Shown: piece after piece, positions 59,710 through 64,000 of the stretch
Layout: every line of letters starts with the position of its first letter
Position numbering within the stretch: the stretch's first letter is position 1
NCBI GenBank assembly: GCA_963712745.1
Contig: CAVQJC010000001.1
Span: 160,001-224,000, forward strand
Origin: an uncultured Chloroflexia bacterium
Lineage (GTDB): Bacteria; Chloroflexota; Limnocylindria; Limnocylindrales; CSP1-4
Direction of reading: 5' to 3'
Length of the DNA: 64,000 nucleotides
Position numbers and translations under genes: made by a program
The notes under the pieces: model-generated
What the model was told of the DNA's origin: nothing
Database searches by the model: none
The model's input: only the letters and a program-made list of their open reading frames with translations

Positions 59710-60285
59710 ATGGCCATCCAGCTCGCCCTGACGGTCGGTGTCGTGCTCGCCATCGTGCTCGTCGTGTTCCTCGTGGTCATCACCTACAACACCGTGGTCG
59801 CACTCCAGCGTCGCTGCCAGCGGGCGTGGGCCAACATCGACGTGGCCCTCAAGCAGCGCCACGACCAGCTGCCCAACCTCGTCTCCGCAGTGCGGGGCGT
59901 CATGGCCTTCGAGGAGCAGGTGCTCGAGGAGGTCACGCGCGCTCGCGCGGCCTACTCGCCCGACGCCTCGATCCACGACCAGGCCGTCGTCTCCGAGCAG
60001 ACCTCGGAAGCGGTGCGCTCGCTGTTCGCCGTGGTCGAGGACTACCCCGACCTCAAGTCACACGCCAACGTCATGGCTCTGCAGGAGGAGATCGAGCGAG
60101 TCGAGACGCTCATCGCCCGCCGCCGGGAGCTCTTCAACAACCAGGTCTATCAGTACAACGTGAGCATCAAGACCGTCCCCGGCACTCTCATCCGGCCCCT
60201 GTTCGGATGGCGCGAGGTCGACATGTTCGAGGCTACGGAGGAGGAGCGGGTCAAGCCCGAGACGGTGTTGTACGAGGCGCACTAG
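59710..60285 (+). CDS. lemA: LemA-family protein
   Basis: YN..AWANIDVALKQRHDQLPNLV, VEDYPDLKS, RRELFN..YN. Confidence 0.95.
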   Translation: MAIQLALTVGVVLAIVLVVFLVVITYNTVVALQRRCQRAWANIDVALKQRHDQLPNLVSAVRGVMAFEEQVLEEVTRARAAYSPDASIHDQAVVSEQTSEAVRSLFAVVEDYPDLKSHANVMALQEEIERVETLIARRRELFNNQVYQYNVSIKTVPGTLIRPLFGWREVDMFEATEEERVKPETVLYEAH

Positions 60286-60648
60286 CGGCCCCGCCCCCGA
60301 GGCCGGTGACCACGCCGCCCCGAGCGCCCTGAAGGGCGCCACTTGCTGAGCACGAGATACCCTCCTCCTCGGCTGCGAGGGCAGGAGCGACCGTAGCCCA
60401 ACGCAGTCCTCGCGCGGCTGATGTACCGAGGACGTGCCTAGTGACCCACGCTACCCGAGGAATGTGCTCCGGGACTGCCATCTCGCGCAAGAGGCAGGGG
60501 TCACGTCCACACTACGCAGCGATGGTCTGGGCCTGCGGCCGTCCCTCGCATCGCGCCACATGTGCGAACGCTGCTGTCGGGCCGTCTGGCTCTTGATGCG
60601 CCCGCCTTGGCCCGGGGAGCATGCTGCCCATCAGCCAGGGAGTCGGAC

Positions 60649-61692
60649 GTGACAGAACACCACCGCGTCGTCGTGTCTCACCACGGCGGGCCGGATGTGT
60701 TGCAGGTCGTGGAAGAGAAGCTCCCCGAGCCCGGGGCCGGCGAGGTCCGGGTGAGGGTCCTGGCCGCCGGGGTCTCTGCCTTCGATCTCATGTACCGCCG
60801 ATCGGGTCGGCTCCCAGGTTCGGCGAAGGTGCCGTTCACGCTGGGTGAGGACATCGTCGGCGTCGTGGACGAACTGGGCGATGGGGTGTCGGGACTCGAA
60901 CCGGCCCAGATGGTCGCCGGCGGGACGTGGGTACTCGGCCTCGGTGGGGGCTATGCCGAGTACGTCTGCCTGCCCGCAGGCGAGTTGGTGCCTGTCCCTG
61001 ACGGAGTGGATCCTGCCCAAGCCGTCTGCCTGGTGGCGAACTACCTCACCGCGCACCTGCACCTCCACGGTTGCGCCGATGTTCGGTCCGGCGAGCGCGT
61101 CCTCATCCACGGTGCGGCTGGAGGCATCGGCACGGCCCTGTTGGAGCTCGGCGGCCTGGCCGGGCTGGAGGTGTACGGCACGGCATCCGCGCGCAACCAG
61201 GAGCTCGTGGCCAGTCTCGGGGCCACGCCGATCGACTACCGCGCAGAGGACTTCGTCGAGCGCATCCACAGCCTGACCGGCGATGGAGTGGATGCCGTGA
61301 TCGACCCCGTCGGCGGCGCTCGCCAGCTGTGGCGCTCATGGCGGACCCTGCGCCGCGGCGGGCGGCTGGTGTGGCTGGGCTCGGCCGCAACGAAGGGGCG
61401 GACACCTTGGGCCGGTCTGCTGAGCTTGCCGATGATCGGCCTTCTCAGACTGATCCCGGATGGCAGGCGAGTGCCGCTCTGTCCGGACCTGGGCAAGTTC
61501 GCGAAGGCGCACCACGATTGGTACCGCGAGACCCTGGCTGGACTGCTCGACTCGCTGGCCGCGGGCGCGATCAAGCCGGTCGTGGCGGAGCGCATCCCTT
61601 TGGCCGAGGCCGCTCGTGCTCACGAACTGCTCGAGCGCGGCGGCCACGCCGGCAAGGTGGTCCTCGTGACCAGCGCCTGGTCGCAGAGGTAG
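60649..61692 (+). CDS. Medium-chain dehydrogenase/reductase (NAD(P)H:quinone oxidoreductase-like)
   Basis: GGPDVLQ, GGGYAEY, LIHGAAGGIG, AHELLE..GKVVL. Confidence 0.92.
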   Translation: MTEHHRVVVSHHGGPDVLQVVEEKLPEPGAGEVRVRVLAAGVSAFDLMYRRSGRLPGSAKVPFTLGEDIVGVVDELGDGVSGLEPAQMVAGGTWVLGLGGGYAEYVCLPAGELVPVPDGVDPAQAVCLVANYLTAHLHLHGCADVRSGERVLIHGAAGGIGTALLELGGLAGLEVYGTASARNQELVASLGATPIDYRAEDFVERIHSLTGDGVDAVIDPVGGARQLWRSWRTLRRGGRLVWLGSAATKGRTPWAGLLSLPMIGLLRLIPDGRRVPLCPDLGKFAKAHHDWYRETLAGLLDSLAAGAIKPVVAERIPLAEAARAHELLERGGHAGKVVLVTSAWSQR

Positions 61693-61923
61693 CCACCGAC
61701 CATCACCAAGCCCCCACCGCCCTCGACGTAGTCGCGGATCGCCAGGAGACGATCCGACATTCACCACCGAGCGCTCGAACGTCTCTGGATGGAGCAGGAG
61801 CGTATTGGCACCGATGTCGCTGAGGACGACCACGTCCCAGGCTTGCAGCGCCTCGGGCGTGCCGGGGAACTCGGCCGAGCGGAGGGCCCCACGCCATTGC
61901 GCGTTCGTGTGCGGGTTGCGGCC

Positions 61924-61974
61924 CCGCTTCAGGTCCGCTTCAGGTCCGCTTCAGGTCCGCTTCAGGTCCGCTTC
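61924..61974. repeat. Tandem repeat of the 11-bp unit CCGCTTCAGGT (4 full copies + partial)
   Basis: Direct reading of the sequence. Overlaps the stop codon of the alpha/beta hydrolase. Confidence 0.95.
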
Positions 61975-62834
61975 GAGCGGATGTAGGCGGCTGCCTCGTC
62001 CGGGTACCAGTAGAGCGCATGGCCGACCACCTCGATGCTGTCAGCGTCGGACCCGCGCACCGCGGCCAGGTGCGCGGCGATCTGCCGGAAGAGCGGGATC
62101 GAGGCTGCCCCGTAGGAGAAGCGGATGTCGGTCGGCGTCGACGACAAGCGTCGCTCGTCGAGGACCTCACGGGTGAGGATCGGGATGTCGTCACGCACGA
62201 AGGCCTCGGCGTTCGATCGCTCGCGCCCCGCGTACCACTCCTTCCCCGGGGGTGGGGCAAGGAAGCCGTGATCATCGGTCAACCCCGGTCCCGCGACCGC
62301 ACGCAGGAAGGCGTCGTAGGCCCCCGGCCAATCACCAGGGTGCTCGGTCAGGTACCGGGCGACCGCGTCGGCCGCGGGTCGGGCGAAACTCGCACCACCG
62401 GGGACGTTCCCGAAGTAGCCGGGCTCGAACACGAGGGCCAGTCGGATCCGGGACGGGTAGCGCAGCGCCAACTCCACCGCCACGATCCCGGCCGAGCTGC
62501 CACCGAAGACCACCGCATCATCGATCCCGAGTGCGTCGAGCAGCGCGGCGGCATCATCGGCATGCTGCATGGACCCTCGGCCGGGCCAGTCGTCCCTCCC
62601 GCTGCGCAGGGTGCCCCTGCGGTCATAGGTGACGACGAGGTGGCCCGGCAGTCGTTCGGCGACCGGCCGCCACCCTTCCGCGTCCTCGGCACCACCGGGG
62701 ATGATGAGGATGGCCGGGCCGTCGCCTCGGACCTCGGCGTAGATCTCGGTCCCACCCATCCGGACCCGCTCGACGCGAGGGCGTGGGGCGTCGGGCACTG
62801 CCTCAGGATTCGTCCGCCAGTCATCGGTCCTCAT
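61962..62834 (-). CDS. Alpha/beta-fold hydrolase
   Basis: YAEVRGDGP, YDRRG, GGSSAG nucleophile elbow, GH near the C-terminus. Confidence 0.9.
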   Translation of the reverse strand: MRTDDWRTNPEAVPDAPRPRVERVRMGGTEIYAEVRGDGPAILIIPGGAEDAEGWRPVAERLPGHLVVTYDRRGTLRSGRDDWPGRGSMQHADDAAALLDALGIDDAVVFGGSSAGIVAVELALRYPSRIRLALVFEPGYFGNVPGGASFARPAADAVARYLTEHPGDWPGAYDAFLRAVAGPGLTDDHGFLAPPPGKEWYAGRERSNAEAFVRDDIPILTREVLDERRLSSTPTDIRFSYGAASIPLFRQIAAHLAAVRGSDADSIEVVGHALYWYPDEAAAYIRSKRT

Positions 62835-63064
62835 CGGTGAAGTCTACGAACGTCAGCCTGGCGGGGCAGGCAGGGGCTCGACCAGGCGCGGACTGCCGCT
62901 GGACGATGGTTCGTCCAGTCGGCCCATCCACCCACCAATCACAGCGTCGTGCTGGTCCCAGCTTGGGCGGGTCGCGGGCTCGAGGCCCGATTCGATCTGT
63001 TGACAGATGAGGATCGCACGAGACCGCCGACGTGACGCGAGCGATCGAGTGTGCGCAAGGTCGT

Positions 63065-63961
63065 TCAGCCTCCCCGGGCGAGCATCGCCTTCTGCGGATC
63101 GAGTCGGTCGCCGAGGGAGTCTGCGAGACCACGGAGCTGGTCGAGGTCGGAGCCGACCGGAACGAAGATGAGCTCGTCCGCCCCGGCCGCCTCGAACGCG
63201 TCTGTTGAGGCCCGCAACTCGGCGGCGTCGGCGGGGATGCCCTGGGCCATCCCTGGTCCCCAGTCGCCGTAGTAGTCCGACAGGTAGGTCGTGGCCCTCT
63301 CGCGGCCGCCCTCACCGAGCACGAAGTACGTGAGCGCCCAGAGCTTGGGTGCACCCTCGCGACCCGCGGCCATCCAGGCGGCGCGCGCCTGCTCGAAGAG
63401 GTCCTTGGCCTGAACCGGGCTCCCTCCACCGGCAGTGAAGCCGACGCCGTGAGCGGCGACGCGCCTGAAGGCAGCGGCAGCGGTGCCGCCGAAGGCCATC
63501 GGCACCGAGCGGCCGTCGGTCGGCGTCGGCGTCAGACCCTTCGTGGCACCCTCGACGAGCTCGCCGCGCCAGGCGCGCAGCATGTACTCGATCGCCTCGT
63601 CGAAGCGCTTGCCGCGCTCGCCATAGGCCTTGCCGGCGATCGTGAAGTCCTCCTCCCGCCAGCCGACGGCGAGACCCATCGTGAAGCGGCCCTCCGAGAT
63701 CTGGTCAAGGCCTGCTGCGAGCTTGGCCAGCAACGCCTTGTCGTAGACGGGGCCGATGGCCGTGTTCGTGAAGAGCTCGATGCGCTCGGTGACGGCCGCG
63801 GCCGCAGTGAGTGCCTGGAATTCCTCGTAGGTCGGGAAGACGAGGCGGCCGATCGTCGCGAGTGTCGAGAAGCCGAGTCCCTCCGCCTCCCTCGCCCATT
63901 CGACGAGACGGCGACCTGGGGTGTCTGGGATCGTGTTGGGCAGGCCGACTCCGATGCGCAC
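63065..63961 (-). CDS. LLM-class (luciferase-like) flavin/F420-dependent oxidoreductase
   Basis: RIGVGLP, AEGLGF, AAVTERIEL, LDQISEGRFTMGLAVGWREED, AGADEL. Confidence 0.92.
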   Translation of the reverse strand: MRIGVGLPNTIPDTPGRRLVEWAREAEGLGFSTLATIGRLVFPTYEEFQALTAAAAVTERIELFTNTAIGPVYDKALLAKLAAGLDQISEGRFTMGLAVGWREEDFTIAGKAYGERGKRFDEAIEYMLRAWRGELVEGATKGLTPTPTDGRSVPMAFGGTAAAAFRRVAAHGVGFTAGGGSPVQAKDLFEQARAAWMAAGREGAPKLWALTYFVLGEGGRERATTYLSDYYGDWGPGMAQGIPADAAELRASTDAFEAAGADELIFVPVGSDLDQLRGLADSLGDRLDPQKAMLARGG

Positions 63962-64000
63962 GTCAGGGTCCCTTTCGTCGCAGATGTGGTTCATGGCGAT

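Overview
High-GC bacterial DNA. The gene style is compatible with Chloroflexota/Limnocylindria or Actinomycetota (inference only). An intact tRNA-Asn(GTT) gene lies on the minus strand at 58348-58422. Everything to its left (about 57 kb, continuing past position 1) looks like accreted accessory DNA. It is punctuated by same-orientation degenerate copies of the tRNA-Asn 3' half. Four long units (16-209, 8250-8472, 29579-29718, 56864-57015) also carry a conserved ~100-bp arm with a tandem CAGTCAGTCACG repeat, and at least two carry the extreme C-terminal tail of a tyrosine recombinase. Shorter anticodon-arm copies lie at about 27.6, 35.9, 38.5 and 40.2 kb. No intact integrase is present. The segments between these sites hold: a fructosamine-type catabolic locus; an amino-sugar locus (DegT aminotransferase, GH4, ROK kinase, NagA, cupin PGI); a ribose-type ABC locus; three toxin-antitoxin modules; small enzyme modules; and a large divergent sugar-acid catabolic cluster whose two arms each carry a URO-D/MtaA-family gene followed by a corrinoid-protein gene. 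An IS481 element sits at the tRNA 3' end with a 16-bp duplication, and IS110 and IS21 remnants are also present. About eight genes are frameshifted (decay or sequencing indels). Right of the tRNA are ordinary genes (GIDE-domain protein, LemA, MDR oxidoreductase, alpha/beta hydrolase, LLM oxidoreductase). All alignments and counts were done by eye.
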